Positions 8,501 through 18,329 of a stretch of DNA of 64,000 nucleotides are shown one piece after another. The DNA comes from Clostridia bacterium (GTDB taxonomy: Bacteria; Bacillota; Clostridia; Christensenellales; UBA1242). The stretch is from NCBI GenBank assembly GCA_900753315.1, contig CAADYP010000010.1, positions 1,267-65,266 on the forward strand, written 5' to 3'. The stretch's first letter is position 1. Every line of letters starts with the position of its first letter. The notes under the pieces were generated by a model. That model was given only the letters and a program-made list of their open reading frames with translations. It ran no database searches and had not been told where the DNA came from. The translations under genes and the position numbers were made by a program.

Positions 8501-10405
8501 TGAACTTTTTGCAAATACTCCAGCACCCGAATATGATGTTATAACACTATATTCTTTACATACGCCAACTTGTGCTGCTGTTGAACTTTCGTTTCCAATT
8601 GCCCATGTTGTGCAAGATGCTCCGTTAAAAGATGAAGAACTTCTCGTATAACAATTTTGAACCCTTCCAGTTCCACCTATCATATGTCCAGCTATTTGTC
8701 CATACCAATTCCCGCCAGTAACAGGTCCATAGTTTATACAGTTTGTAATATAAACATTGCTCAATTCATCTTGTGTGGTTATATCCCAAAACAAAAATTT
8801 ACTTGTTTCTTTTGGTTGTCCCGTTCTTCCAACAATACCACCAAGTTTTTCACCGACAGTTCCAATTTTCCCATGGTTTATGCAATTTGTAACAAGCCCT
8901 TTATCCAAAATAAATCCAGCAATTCCACCAATATTGTAAACAGCCTTTGAGCCAGTCATTTTGACATCACCATAGTTCGCACAGGTGTAAATGTATGTCC
9001 CAGAGTTTGATCCTGCCCCCAAGATTCCACCATAACCAATAGCAGTGTTATTGTCAGTTGTATTTGAGGTTAAACTGAAATCTGCAAAATTTATACATTT
9101 ATAAATTCGAATTGCTCGCATTTGATTTACAGCAACAATTCCCCCAACATATGTGTTATATACATTTTTTATAGTAATTTTGCCATAATTTATACAACCA
9201 TAGACTTTATACGAATCGTTTGATGACAAATTAAGCAAATTCCCGATGATTCCACCAACTGCATTTATTAATGACCCAGGTCCCAAATCAGTTGAAATAC
9301 TTCCACTAAAAACATTCCTATAACACCATGTATAACCCTGGGTTGATCTCAATAATCCAATAATACCACCAGCACACATCCCTGCACTTGCAATACTTCC
9401 TGAACTTTGAGATGTAATAGATATATTTGACTCGCTCATAGAGTCACTTATATCATATGTTGTCACTGCAGTAATTCCACCAACAATCAATTCATTAAAA
9501 CTTGCATTATTCCCATAAAATTTAGCATTAATATTCCCTTTGCTAGAGCAATTACGGATTGTTGCAGTATCAACACATATTCCAACAATCCCACCAATAT
9601 TCATCGACTTTGCTGCTGTGGCTTTATCACTATATTGATAATAACCAATGTTAACACCATCGTTTTTTGTGTTTGAAATTGAGCCTCCTGCATGTAAACC
9701 AACCACAGCACCAACATGAGCCCACAATGATTGATTACTATTCCCAGAACTACTTATAGCAATAGAGCCATTTGAAACTGTCAAGTCTTGTATTGTTGCA
9801 CCTTTTGTAAAACCAAAGAGACCTACTGTAACCGAATTATAAAAATTGAAATTTGTTGCCTCATCTCCATAATCAAATGGATGTCCACTAACATAATCGC
9901 TTGTAAGCCCACCAGCGCCAGAAGCATTGATATACATACCTGAAATTGTATGACCATTTCCGTTAAACGTCCCCGAAAAATAATATGGATGCCATGTAGA
10001 ACTTGAGAAAATCCACCAACCACTTGTCGTTTCATAAGCTCCAGAACCGATTGGTGTCCAGTAATGCGCACTCAAGTTAATATCGGCAGTAAGTATTACA
10101 TTTGATTCTTGATATAATAATCCCGTGTCGCCGTTTTTATAATTATTATTAACCATATAAGCAAAACTTGCCAAAGTTACAGCATCACCAATTCGATATG
10201 GATCGCTTGCAGTTCCACTACCATAAGGTCTTGTCGTGTTTGCATAATCAGACCAATAACCAGACGTCATGGCTTTTGTTTCATTGTCATCTGTTTGCTC
10301 GGTTTCTGCATTTGGTGTTACAAATTTTTCAATAAGAAAACAACTGCCACATGCCAGTCCCAAAGACATAAACACAGCAACAATTCCAATCAAAAGTTTC
10401 TTCAT
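5558..10405 (-). CDS. Very large secreted or surface protein (about 1,615 aa) with two GLUG-motif repeat regions flanking a Y/N/S-rich beta-type middle
   Basis: Signal peptide MKKLLIGIVAVFMSLGLACGSC. Repeated G-G-(I/L)-(V/I/A)-G motifs occur every 25-35 aa (GGIVGI, GGIIGLL, GGIIGNL, GGIVAV, GGILGAG, GGIAGF, GGIVGR, then GLFGC, GMIAGY, GGLVGY near the C-terminus), which is typical of the GLUG motif. I took the ATG at 10405; the track's TTG at 10432 has no SD. Confidence 0.7.
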   Translation of the reverse strand: MKKLLIGIVAVFMSLGLACGSCFLIEKFVTPNAETEQTDDNETKAMTSGYWSDYANTTRPYGSGTASDPYRIGDAVTLASFAYMVNNNYKNGDTGLLYQESNVILTADINLSAHYWTPIGSGAYETTSGWWIFSSSTWHPYYFSGTFNGNGHTISGMYINASGAGGLTSDYVSGHPFDYGDEATNFNFYNSVTVGLFGFTKGATIQDLTVSNGSIAISSSGNSNQSLWAHVGAVVGLHAGGSISNTKNDGVNIGYYQYSDKATAAKSMNIGGIVGICVDTATIRNCSSKGNINAKFYGNNASFNELIVGGITAVTTYDISDSMSESNISITSQSSGSIASAGMCAGGIIGLLRSTQGYTWCYRNVFSGSISTDLGPGSLINAVGGIIGNLLNLSSNDSYKVYGCINYGKITIKNVYNTYVGGIVAVNQMRAIRIYKCINFADFSLTSNTTDNNTAIGYGGILGAGSNSGTYIYTCANYGDVKMTGSKAVYNIGGIAGFILDKGLVTNCINHGKIGTVGEKLGGIVGRTGQPKETSKFLFWDITTQDELSNVYITNCINYGPVTGGNWYGQIAGHMIGGTGRVQNCYTRSSSSFNGASCTTWAIGNESSTAAQVGVCKEYSVITSYSGAGVFAKSSNWTTTSYAGYSSVAFETPNLSYGCYNPQNSSFNWSTTSLAYYYYTASQRQSKAMSCEYIIVPRFAVYGASVNIYWNKRNDNKYESDTKGDVGAIEVRSYDKGQGKVDWVKSDYVYYLNGADYNNSSYSDRYKNLLKVTYVDEKFTFTKGTYKVGYNEEENMSYITYGKTYYARFKLFNPSSLSFRYYFASKSVKSLNINYLDSDNNNKAVTDGSLGTAAVKYPNYSYSDISSSNPLYFKDSVYYTITPKLGYAFKSLSTDKGEIKTNYNEKSGFDEFGVVQDTMTYDFESDFNFYMKKITYNYNVFVDGSTINGQFKKGNALSFNVLNCVGYEYTIYLSNYVNSKSNVKLNKCAQITTTEATLSKGGNGVITLSDSAILKALSDMAKKEGLIDIELNKFSLYVVKNKIEYTINIHNMINKYDQLDYYQEVTDKNYKTLIDSGMTSYDMTQFSTFLVTSKNYLTIVTDVEAGFTIDYTNAKGYGFEVGNRYSSFKTNTTLPSTSIFSCAINDTKATDIKGNNFISFLLNYKQSVENPSKTIDIYIYYQLGGYNLEGKAERDGVEVNIPTNVFDLKGSSKQKNKNANDTTIWYNNVFAAKYYAPITLNVNSLNSNQNFAGWYIRVQNSNNTLEDKLLSTNRIYSFVYNPQTAKALMSNNKLVIVAKFLTYDESDGHTATNNKGIYQVSSAQDLIWLSERVNAGYTFEGMTIMQTCDINMSGIVFNSIGTETKPFKGIYDGNNFIISNLNLAVNKNTGERFMNNLSNRGLFGCVKNATIKNLTVASGTVSGYGNVGMIAGYAENTKFNYVNTYKSNVKVSKIEFVDIYGKVVDTYLTSGASSTENFAQRENVGGLVGYAKGCSFYVCSNRANVKEANASGVENSAGFVGRLEDNGSVISTINQCFNEGNISMGTSFAGFTNWYMTEGGIKTKTELTENSNIKDCYSTYPSTTYINATYVNSRLDSSIWMTLNGRNTLRAFYWN

Positions 10406-10411
10406 ATGATT

Positions 10412-10439
10412 ATTATAAACAAAAAACGACAAAAATCAA
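10412..10439 (-). promoter_or_regulatory. Candidate sigma-A promoter placed directly against the GLUG-gene ATG (possible leaderless mRNA)
   Basis: The minus strand reads TTGATT (10439-10434), a 16-nt spacer, TATAAT (10417-12), AATCAT, then ATG (10405). No SD lies between. Confidence 0.4.
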
Positions 10440-10545
10440 AATAATTTAATGTATTTTTTATTATTATTTAATTTATTAAATAAATTGCTTGATTTAGCCT
10501 ATAGATATTCGATGAAACATAATTTATTTGCCAATGAAATAGTGA

Positions 10546-10571
10546 TAAAAAATAGGCAAAATTTGCCTATT
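10546..10571 (-). terminator. Terminator after parC
   Basis: Stem ATAGGCAAA / TTTGCCTAT (10552-10570), followed on the minus strand by a T-run. Confidence 0.8.
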
Positions 10572-10575
10572 TTTG

Positions 10576-13377
10576 TTAATCAATAAAATTGTAAACACCT
10601 AAAAATTTTTTCTTCACTTCTTCTTGTCCAACACTCAATCTATCGGTTGAAATTTTATATTTTTTTGTTTCCAAAATAGCGAATTTCAAGCCATGGTCAA
10701 CAACAACCTTATCAGCCGTTCCGACATATGAAACTGCTTTGCCAGTTCCAGCAAAGTTGATATACTTTACACCTTTTCTATATCTTGCACAAATTGGAAT
10801 TTGCAATGCACTGAGACGCTTTACATAGCCATTGTTTGTAACAATCATATAGTCATCACTAGCATTTTGTCCCGCGTAAACTACAATATCTTTATCTTCA
10901 AGATTAATGCCTTTAACCCCAGATGAAACTCTGCCCTGAACTGGCACTTCGTTCTTTTCAAAATTTACGCAATAGCCGTTTTTTGAAAGCATAACAAATG
11001 TCTTTCCTTTGACTTCATGTTCTACATTCAAAAGTTTGTCGTCATCAGCAAGTTTTAGCACTTGATAATATACTTTTGAAACAAGCAAATCCTTCTCTGA
11101 ACAGCGTTTTACCATTCCCTTTTGTGTAAACATTGCAACTTCACCATCGCCTTCAACCTTGAGCACTGCAACTGGTGTTTCCATGATGTCGATATTTTTG
11201 TCAAGTTGCTTGAGTGGAATACCTTTTTCTCTCCACTTGCACTCTGGCAATTTGTCAACAACTGTCTTAACACAATTTCCTCTGTCTGTAAAAATCAAAA
11301 CAGTATCAGTAGCCTTAACTTCCAAAAGTTGGGTATGAATATCAAACAATGTTGATGTATCTGAAATTGTTTTTGTTGATTTAGAATAATTCTTCATATT
11401 GACTTTCTTCAAAGTTTTACCAGCAGAAAGTGCAATCAAATAATCCTTTGTATCTTCCATTTCTTCAATCTTTGTAAGATTGATTTCTTCACTTTTGAGT
11501 TCATGTGAGCGTCTTGGTGTGTTAAACTTTTTCTTAATTTCCAAGATTTCTTTCTTTACAACATCAAGTTGTAACTTTTTAGAATTCAAGATGGCTTCGA
11601 GTTCTTTTATTCTCGCTTTCAATGATGTAAGTTCTTCTTGCAATTTTGTTACTTCCAAGTTTACAAGTCTTGCAAGTCTCATATCCAAAATGGCTTGTGC
11701 TTGCTTTTCTGAAAGCCCAAACTTTTCTCTCAATCTTTGTTTCGCTTCGCTAACATTTGCTGATGTTTTGATAATTTTTATCACAGCATCAATATTTTTG
11801 ATTGCAATCAAAAGACCTTCAACAATATGTGCTCTATCTTTTGCTACATTAAGGTCAAATTTCGTTCTTCTAACAACAACATCTCTTTGGAACGCTGTGT
11901 AATATGAAATGATATCCATCAAATTCATAAGTTTTGGTTTTCCACCTGCAATAGCAACCATGTTTATTGCATAAGAGATTTGCATATTAGTAGATTGGAA
12001 AAGATATCCCAAAATCTTCTTTACATTGGCTTCCTTTTTCAAACGAATAACAGCACGCATACCATTTCTGTCACTTTCGTCCCTTATTTCACTGATAACA
12101 GAAAGTTTGTCCTTATTCTTCTCTTTAAGTTCCGCAATCTTTTGAAGAAGTTGAGCCTTATTTACTTGATAAGGAAGTTCGGTAATAACCAAACTTTGTT
12201 TATCACCATTTTGTTCTATACCGACTTTCGCACGAAGCGTAATCTTTCCTTTTCCAGTTTCGTAGGCACTTTTGAGTCCATCACCAAGCAAAAGTTCTCC
12301 GCCAGTAGGAAAGTCAGGACCTTTGATGATTTTCATCATTTTGTCAAGAGTTATGTTTGGATTGTCAATATAAGCAACAACCCCATCAATAACTTCTCCA
12401 AGATTGTGTGGAGGAATGTTTGTTGCGACACCTACGGCAATACCAGAAGCACCATTTACCAAAAGGTTTGGAAATCTTCCAGGCAAAACATCAGGTTCTT
12501 TCAAAGTATCATCAAAGTTGAGCCCCCAACGAACAGTATCTTTTTCCAAATCTCTCAAAAGTTCCATCGCGAGTGGGGTCATTCTTGCTTCAGTGTAACG
12601 CATAGCAGCGGCACTGTCACCATCGACAGAACCAAAGTTTCCGTGACCATCAACAAGTGGTGCACGAAGCACAAAGTCTTGTGACATACGCACCATTGCA
12701 TCATAAACAGAAGAGTCACCATGTGGGTGATATTTACCCATACAATCGCCGACAATTCTCGCCGATTTTCTGTATGGTTTGTCTGGTGTAAGCCCAAGTT
12801 CAAGCATAGAATACAAGATTCTTCTTTGAACAGGCTTTAAGCCATCTTCAACTCTTGGCAATGCCCTGTCCATAACAACGTGCTCGGTATAAGGTATCAT
12901 AGAATCATGCAAAACATCTTCAAGTGGTTTAAACAAAATTCCATCGCCACCATAAACTCCATTTCCGCCATGACCGCCTCCGTTGGCACCATTATTTTCA
13001 TGGTTTTCATCTTCTCCGTCGACATCATCTACAACATTTTCTACAATGCTGTCATTTTCCACTTCCAAGTTTACTTCTCTTTCTTTTTCATTGTTTTTTG
13101 TGCCTAAAATATTTGAAGATTTTTTTTCGCTTGCACCACTTTCATCAAAAACTCTTGTCTTTCTTCCATCAGTTTTCTTTTTCTCAGAAACAACAGCATC
13201 TCCAGTCATGCTCCACATGTCAATTTGTCCTGTTACATTTGCTTGAACTGTCTTTTTCTCTTCCACATTTTCTTCCTTTTGGGCAGAAAGAATTTCATCA
13301 TAACGCATTTGTCCTTCAATAGGTTCTATGAAATTTGGTTTAAATTCTTCGTCAATTTTATTTTTTTTATTACTCAC
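10576..13377 (-). CDS. parC: Type IIA topoisomerase subunit A, ParC-like (topoisomerase IV), with a roughly 150-aa low-complexity N-terminal extension
   Basis: [22 protein letters not shown]...[21 protein letters not shown]...[11 protein letters not shown]. The Q in KPVQRR is ParC-like (GyrA usually has KPVHRR), and I see no GyrA box (QRRGGKG) in the C-terminal domain. GTG start at 13377 with GAGG SD 7 nt upstream. Confidence 0.75.
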   Translation of the reverse strand: MSNKKNKIDEEFKPNFIEPIEGQMRYDEILSAQKEENVEEKKTVQANVTGQIDMWSMTGDAVVSEKKKTDGRKTRVFDESGASEKKSSNILGTKNNEKEREVNLEVENDSIVENVVDDVDGEDENHENNGANGGGHGGNGVYGGDGILFKPLEDVLHDSMIPYTEHVVMDRALPRVEDGLKPVQRRILYSMLELGLTPDKPYRKSARIVGDCMGKYHPHGDSSVYDAMVRMSQDFVLRAPLVDGHGNFGSVDGDSAAAMRYTEARMTPLAMELLRDLEKDTVRWGLNFDDTLKEPDVLPGRFPNLLVNGASGIAVGVATNIPPHNLGEVIDGVVAYIDNPNITLDKMMKIIKGPDFPTGGELLLGDGLKSAYETGKGKITLRAKVGIEQNGDKQSLVITELPYQVNKAQLLQKIAELKEKNKDKLSVISEIRDESDRNGMRAVIRLKKEANVKKILGYLFQSTNMQISYAINMVAIAGGKPKLMNLMDIISYYTAFQRDVVVRRTKFDLNVAKDRAHIVEGLLIAIKNIDAVIKIIKTSANVSEAKQRLREKFGLSEKQAQAILDMRLARLVNLEVTKLQEELTSLKARIKELEAILNSKKLQLDVVKKEILEIKKKFNTPRRSHELKSEEINLTKIEEMEDTKDYLIALSAGKTLKKVNMKNYSKSTKTISDTSTLFDIHTQLLEVKATDTVLIFTDRGNCVKTVVDKLPECKWREKGIPLKQLDKNIDIMETPVAVLKVEGDGEVAMFTQKGMVKRCSEKDLLVSKVYYQVLKLADDDKLLNVEHEVKGKTFVMLSKNGYCVNFEKNEVPVQGRVSSGVKGINLEDKDIVVYAGQNASDDYMIVTNNGYVKRLSALQIPICARYRKGVKYINFAGTGKAVSYVGTADKVVVDHGLKFAILETKKYKISTDRLSVGQEEVKKKFLGVYNFID

Positions 13378-13415
13378 TTTTCGACCTCACAATAATATTT
13401 TTAGCATTTGGATTT

Positions 13416-15371
13416 TTAGTCAATCTTTTTGTAATCTCTCATAAATGTATCTTCTCTATCAAAGTTTGCATGTTCACTTATGTAGCGCTTTCTTTCTTCA
13501 ATGTCATCACCCATAAGTGTTGTAATCATTCTCTCGGCTTGAGCAGCATCTTCAATAGTAACTTGAATTAAAGTTCTGTTTGCCGGATCCATAGTTGTTT
13601 CCCAAAGTTGTTCTGGGTTCATTTCGCCAAGACCTTTGTATCTTTGAATCATATATCCCTTTCCCGCACTGGCCACAGCATCACTGAGCTCAGCATCAGA
13701 ATAAACATATTTTTCGTAATCTTTCTTGTAAACTTTATAAAGTGGTGGAAGTCCAATAAACACATGTCCATCTGTAATAAGTGGTTTCATATAACGATAG
13801 AAGAATGTCAACAAAATTGCACGAATATGAGCACCATCTTGGTCGGCATCGGACAAAATGATAACTTTGTTATAGCGAAGTGTTGTCAAATCAAAATCTT
13901 CTCCAAAGCCTGTGTCAAGCGCAGAAATAATTGTTCTTATTTCTTCGTTTGCCAAAACCTGGTCAACTCTTTTCTTTTCAGCATTCAATGGTTTCCCGCG
14001 AAGAGGCAAAATCGCTTGAAATCTTCTATCTCTTCCTTGTTTTGCAGAGCCACCAGCAGAATCCCCTTCGACAATGAAAAGTTCGCTCTTTGTGCGGTCT
14101 CTTGATGTAGAAGATGCAAGTTTTCCTACCAAATTGAAATTTTCAGCATTGTTTTTTGCTCTTGTAAGTTCTTTTGCTTTTTTGGCAGCAAGTCTAACCT
14201 TTGCCGCTTGTTTTGCCTTGTTGATAATGACTTCGGCATATGTTGCATTTTTCTTATCGGCAAGAATTTTCGCAAGCTCTTGCAATGAAAGATTTTCCAC
14301 TTCAGTTCTTGCTTCTGGATTTCCAAGTTTTGTCTTTGTTTGTCCTTCAAATTGAACATTGTTCATCTTTACATTGATAACCGTAACAAGCCCTTCTCTA
14401 AAATCTTCGCCAAGAAGGTTTGGTTCTTTGTCTTTAAGCAAGTTGTTTGCCCTTGCATAATCATTGAAAGCCTTTGTAAAAGCACTTTTAAATCCTATTT
14501 CATGCATTCCGCCTTCTGTTGTAGGGATGTTGTTTACATAAGAGAAAGTGTTTTCTGTGTAAGAGTCGGTCGAAACAAAACTTACTTCCAGATCCACCAA
14601 TTTGCTTTCAGCATAAAAATAAATTGGATTTTTGAAAAGTGCATTTTTCCCTTCAACGAGATATGTAACAAAATCTTTTATTCCGCCCTCATAATGATAA
14701 TGACAATCTTCACCAGTTTCTTCGTTTGAAACTTCGATTCTCAAACCTTTGTTCAAGAAAGCGAGTTCTCTTGCACGTCTTGTAATTGTTTCAAAATTAA
14801 ATTTTTGATCACCAAAGACCCTATCATCAGGCAAAAATGTGACTATTGTTCCGGAAGTTGTGCTTTTTCCAATTTCTTTCAAAGGTGCAACAGGAATACC
14901 ACTATGAATTTTTCCTTTTTCGTCTTCATAAGAATGGAATTCAATAAAATATTTCTTTCCGCCTTTGTTTACGGTAACTTTGCACCAACGAGAAAGAGCA
15001 TTTGTAACAGATGCACCAACTCCATGCAAACCACCAGAAAATTTGTAGTTTTCATTGTTAAATTTTCCGCCAGCATGCAAAGTGGTATAAACAACTTCAA
15101 CACCACTTTTTTTCAAAGTTGGATGAATATCAACAGGGATACCACGACCATTATCTTCAACAGTCGCACTTCCGTCCTTGTTTAAAGTAATTTTGATAGT
15201 GTCACCAAAACCATTTGAAATTTCATCAATAGCATTGTCAACAATTTCCCACAAAATATGATGAAAGCCCCTAGAACTTGTTGTGCCTATATACATTCCG
15301 GGTCTAAGTCTAACCGCATCAAGACCATCAAGCACAACAATATCTTTTGATTCATATTTTTTCTCTGCCAT
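13416..15371 (-). CDS. parE: Type IIA topoisomerase subunit B, ParE-like (GyrB family)
   Basis: VLDGLDAVRLRPGMYIGTTSSRGFHHILWEIVDNAIDE...EGDSAGGSAKQGRDR...PLRGK..N...DADQDGAHI motifs are present. It lies immediately upstream of the ParC-like gene. Confidence 0.8.
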   Translation of the reverse strand: MAEKKYESKDIVVLDGLDAVRLRPGMYIGTTSSRGFHHILWEIVDNAIDEISNGFGDTIKITLNKDGSATVEDNGRGIPVDIHPTLKKSGVEVVYTTLHAGGKFNNENYKFSGGLHGVGASVTNALSRWCKVTVNKGGKKYFIEFHSYEDEKGKIHSGIPVAPLKEIGKSTTSGTIVTFLPDDRVFGDQKFNFETITRRARELAFLNKGLRIEVSNEETGEDCHYHYEGGIKDFVTYLVEGKNALFKNPIYFYAESKLVDLEVSFVSTDSYTENTFSYVNNIPTTEGGMHEIGFKSAFTKAFNDYARANNLLKDKEPNLLGEDFREGLVTVINVKMNNVQFEGQTKTKLGNPEARTEVENLSLQELAKILADKKNATYAEVIINKAKQAAKVRLAAKKAKELTRAKNNAENFNLVGKLASSTSRDRTKSELFIVEGDSAGGSAKQGRDRRFQAILPLRGKPLNAEKKRVDQVLANEEIRTIISALDTGFGEDFDLTTLRYNKVIILSDADQDGAHIRAILLTFFYRYMKPLITDGHVFIGLPPLYKVYKKDYEKYVYSDAELSDAVASAGKGYMIQRYKGLGEMNPEQLWETTMDPANRTLIQVTIEDAAQAERMITTLMGDDIEERKRYISEHANFDREDTFMRDYKKID

Positions 15372-15683
15372 AAGTCACTCCACAATATATATTCATACTT
15401 AGTATAACACAAACGCCAAAATTAAAAAAATAATTTCACGAAAATGCAAACAATAAATTGGATTATTTGTTTTAGTTTGAATTGTTTTGCGTAAAAATTC
15501 CATACCGGAATATCAATTTTTTGTTCTCTCGCGAAGTTTTGACGAAAATTTTCATATTCGCCACTCCAATTATTTATATCCAAGTTGAAGCAAACTTGTC
15601 GTTTTTAAGTTTGTATATTTATGCGTTTTATTGTATTTTTATACTTTTGAGAATAATAAAAAAAGAAGCATCCCCTGTCTTCT

Positions 15684-17096
15684 TCATACAACAATATATT
15701 CAAATTCCAAACTAGCACCCAAGCACTCAATTCTTGCTTTTCTCTTTTTCCCATTTGTTGAAGTTTGTGTATCAAAACCAAAAACTTTTACATCTTCATC
15801 TTCGACGAGTTTTATATTTTGCGGCAAACCATCATTGTCAAAACAAATCAAACGGAATGAGAATAAATCACGACTTCCAACCTTAAAAACAAAATCACTT
15901 TTGTCTCCATCTTCAAAATAAAATTCAATTGATTTATAACAAACCTTGTAGCCAAATAGAAAAACAAAATCAAAATACTTTATCTTTGCAACAAAATTTC
16001 CAACAGCGTCCGAAGTCAGGTTTGATATGTTTTCTTTCCCTAGTTCAATCTCCACTTCCTTCTTATCGTTTGTCAAAACTGTAACAACAATCTTTCCAAT
16101 CTCAATGTCTTGACCAAGATAATAAGTGTCTTGCAATCCATCAACTTTGACAATGCTTTTTATTGAAGAATCTTCAACATTCTTTGGCGAAGATTTTTGA
16201 AGTTGAATTTTCACTTGCTTTGAGTTTCCTACAACATCTTTTGCAAGCGTCAAGACTTTCGTTTGAAAATCCAAATTTGCAATTGATTTAAAACTCAAAA
16301 ACGAACTTTTATTTTCCAAATCAACTCTCTTCAAATTAAATTGATAAGTTTTGACTATCAAATTTTGTGCATCCAATTTTTGTGCAACCTCCAAACTTGA
16401 AACAACATTTGGCACAAATGATAAAATCTCATAAATGCAACCATCATCTTGTTTTTCAGTTTGGCCAACATAATTTGAATTTTCTGCAAAATAAAAAACT
16501 GTGTAATCAAAATCAAGTTCAAGTCCATCAAACAAAACTGTAGCAGTTCTTGATTTATTTGGTTCATTTTTTGTCAATTTTGATGTATCAAGTCCAAAAA
16601 TTTGCATCTCCGACATCATTTTTTGTGCAACGACATTATTTTCAAAATCCAACAAATTGATTTTAATTTTGTCAAAATCACCATTGTTTGCCATATCTTC
16701 ATTCAATTCAAAATCAAAAGTATTGTCACTATCAAACTCCATTTTTTTATAATTTATCGTATATGGAATTTTTATTGTAAACTTTTCATAAGTGATCTTA
16801 AGTTCTCTTTCTCCAATTTGAGTTGAGTCAAAATTTGAAACATTTGACTTCTTTATATCAACAAGTTTCTCTCTATCGTTCTCAATTTGAAGACACAACT
16901 TTGCATCTTCAACAGAAAGTTTTTCATTCAAGAAATAGTCAGTTTTGAGGTTTTCAACACCCTCTATGCCAAGTATCTTATAATCATAGTTTTCGTCTCC
17001 GCTTGTTGTTGAGATAAAAAATTCTGCAATTATAAAACACCCAACTCCGAGCATGATAACCATCAAAATAAAGACACTTTTTCTTAAAACTTTCAC
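15684..17096 (-). CDS. Membrane-anchored repeat protein of unknown function (Ig-like beta modules suspected)
   Basis: GTG start with AGGAGG SD and an N-terminal TM helix. Four or five modules of about 90 aa end in similar strands (KITYEKFTIKIPYTINY, TVLFDGLELDFDYTVFY, VAKIKYFDFVFLFGYKVCY, ECLGASLEFEYIVV). Confidence 0.5.
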   Translation of the reverse strand: MKVLRKSVFILMVIMLGVGCFIIAEFFISTTSGDENYDYKILGIEGVENLKTDYFLNEKLSVEDAKLCLQIENDREKLVDIKKSNVSNFDSTQIGERELKITYEKFTIKIPYTINYKKMEFDSDNTFDFELNEDMANNGDFDKIKINLLDFENNVVAQKMMSEMQIFGLDTSKLTKNEPNKSRTATVLFDGLELDFDYTVFYFAENSNYVGQTEKQDDGCIYEILSFVPNVVSSLEVAQKLDAQNLIVKTYQFNLKRVDLENKSSFLSFKSIANLDFQTKVLTLAKDVVGNSKQVKIQLQKSSPKNVEDSSIKSIVKVDGLQDTYYLGQDIEIGKIVVTVLTNDKKEVEIELGKENISNLTSDAVGNFVAKIKYFDFVFLFGYKVCYKSIEFYFEDGDKSDFVFKVGSRDLFSFRLICFDNDGLPQNIKLVEDEDVKVFGFDTQTSTNGKKRKARIECLGASLEFEYIVV

Positions 17097-17210
17097 GCAA
17101 CCTCCTTTTGAACAGCAGCGATTTGTATCTTACCACATCAAATTTGTTCAAGTCAAACGTTTTTCAAAAAATTTTTATATAATTTTTTCGTAAAAGCATA
17201 ATAATAAAAT

Positions 17211-18260
17211 ATGAACAAATTTGAATCAAAGAAAAAAATCGTCCTCACTGGTGGCGGAACAGCAGGACATGTTTACCCTGCACTTGCTGTCGCAGAAAAG
17301 TTAAAGGACTATGAAATCCATTACTTTGGCAGCAATGGGATTGAAAAAAACATTTTAAAAAATTATCCAAACATAACATATCATGAGATCGAAGCCACAA
17401 AACTTGAAAGAAAATTTACTTTTAAAAATTTTTTGATACCATTCAAACTTTTGTCATCAATAAGAAAAACAAAAAAAGAACTTTCAAACTTGTCTCCTGA
17501 CATTATTTTTTCAAAAGGTGGATTTGTCGCCGTGCCAGTTGCTATAGCTGGCAAAAAACTTTCAATCCCTATCATAAGCCATGAAAGCGACTTGTCTTTT
17601 GGATTGGCAAATAAAATTATTTTGCATTTTTGCACGGTCATGTGCACAACTTTCAAGCCGACCGGAGAAAAAAATAAAAAGTGTATTTTCACAGGTCAGC
17701 CAATTCGTTCCAACATTTTCGATGGACAAAAATTAAGATTTAATTTCAATCCAAACCTACCCACAATCTTGGTTTTGGGTGGAAGTTTAGGAGCTCAATT
17801 TTTGAATGGAATCATATTTCAAAACCTTGATGAATTGACAAAAAAATATAACATTTTACACATCGCTGGCACGAAAAATTTTCAAAACATTATTCACGAA
17901 AATTACAAAATTGTTCCATACGCTGAAAACATCGAAGACTTTTATGCAACAGCGGATATAGCAATTTCGCGAGCCGGTAGTGGGGTTATCAACGAATTGC
18001 TTGCATTGGAAAAGCCAATGTTTTTGATACCATTATCAAAAAAATGTTCTCGCGGAGACCAAATTGAAAATGCTAAACTTTTTCAAAAATCCGGTTTTTG
18101 TGAGATGTTGGAAGAAGAAAATTATACAGTTGAAATATTTAATAAAAAATTAAATAATTTAATAAAAAATAAAGAAAAAATCAAAAAAAATATGAAAATG
18201 ACCGCAAAAAACGATGCGGTAATGCAAATTTCAAACATTTTAGAAAAATATACAAAATAA
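17211..18260 (+). CDS. murG: Lipid II glycosyltransferase MurG
   Basis: KIVLTGGGTAGHVYPALAVAEKL...ISRAGSGVINELLALEKP...GDQIENAK is the GT28 signature. Confidence 0.88.
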   Translation: MNKFESKKKIVLTGGGTAGHVYPALAVAEKLKDYEIHYFGSNGIEKNILKNYPNITYHEIEATKLERKFTFKNFLIPFKLLSSIRKTKKELSNLSPDIIFSKGGFVAVPVAIAGKKLSIPIISHESDLSFGLANKIILHFCTVMCTTFKPTGEKNKKCIFTGQPIRSNIFDGQKLRFNFNPNLPTILVLGGSLGAQFLNGIIFQNLDELTKKYNILHIAGTKNFQNIIHENYKIVPYAENIEDFYATADIAISRAGSGVINELLALEKPMFLIPLSKKCSRGDQIENAKLFQKSGFCEMLEEENYTVEIFNKKLNNLIKNKEKIKKNMKMTAKNDAVMQISNILEKYTK

Positions 18261-18329
18261 AAAATTTAATATTTTCTTGTGATTGATTATATTTTTTATT
18301 TATTTTTCATTTTATTTTTCGTTTTTGTT

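Noticed and set aside
10470-10486. Perfect 17-bp palindrome AATTTATT-A-AATAAATT upstream of the GLUG gene, considered as an operator or invertible-switch repeat
   Set aside because: It consists only of A/T in an A/T-rich spacer. There is no second copy flanking the promoter and no recombinase gene nearby, so it could easily arise by chance.
11980-12684. 234-aa plus-strand ORF (plus several others between 11122 and 13322) inside the parC region
   Set aside because: It is fully antisense to a well-supported ParC coding sequence. The product is low-complexity and F/L/S/K-rich, as expected from the reverse complement of an A-rich gene, and there is no SD. These are shadow ORFs.
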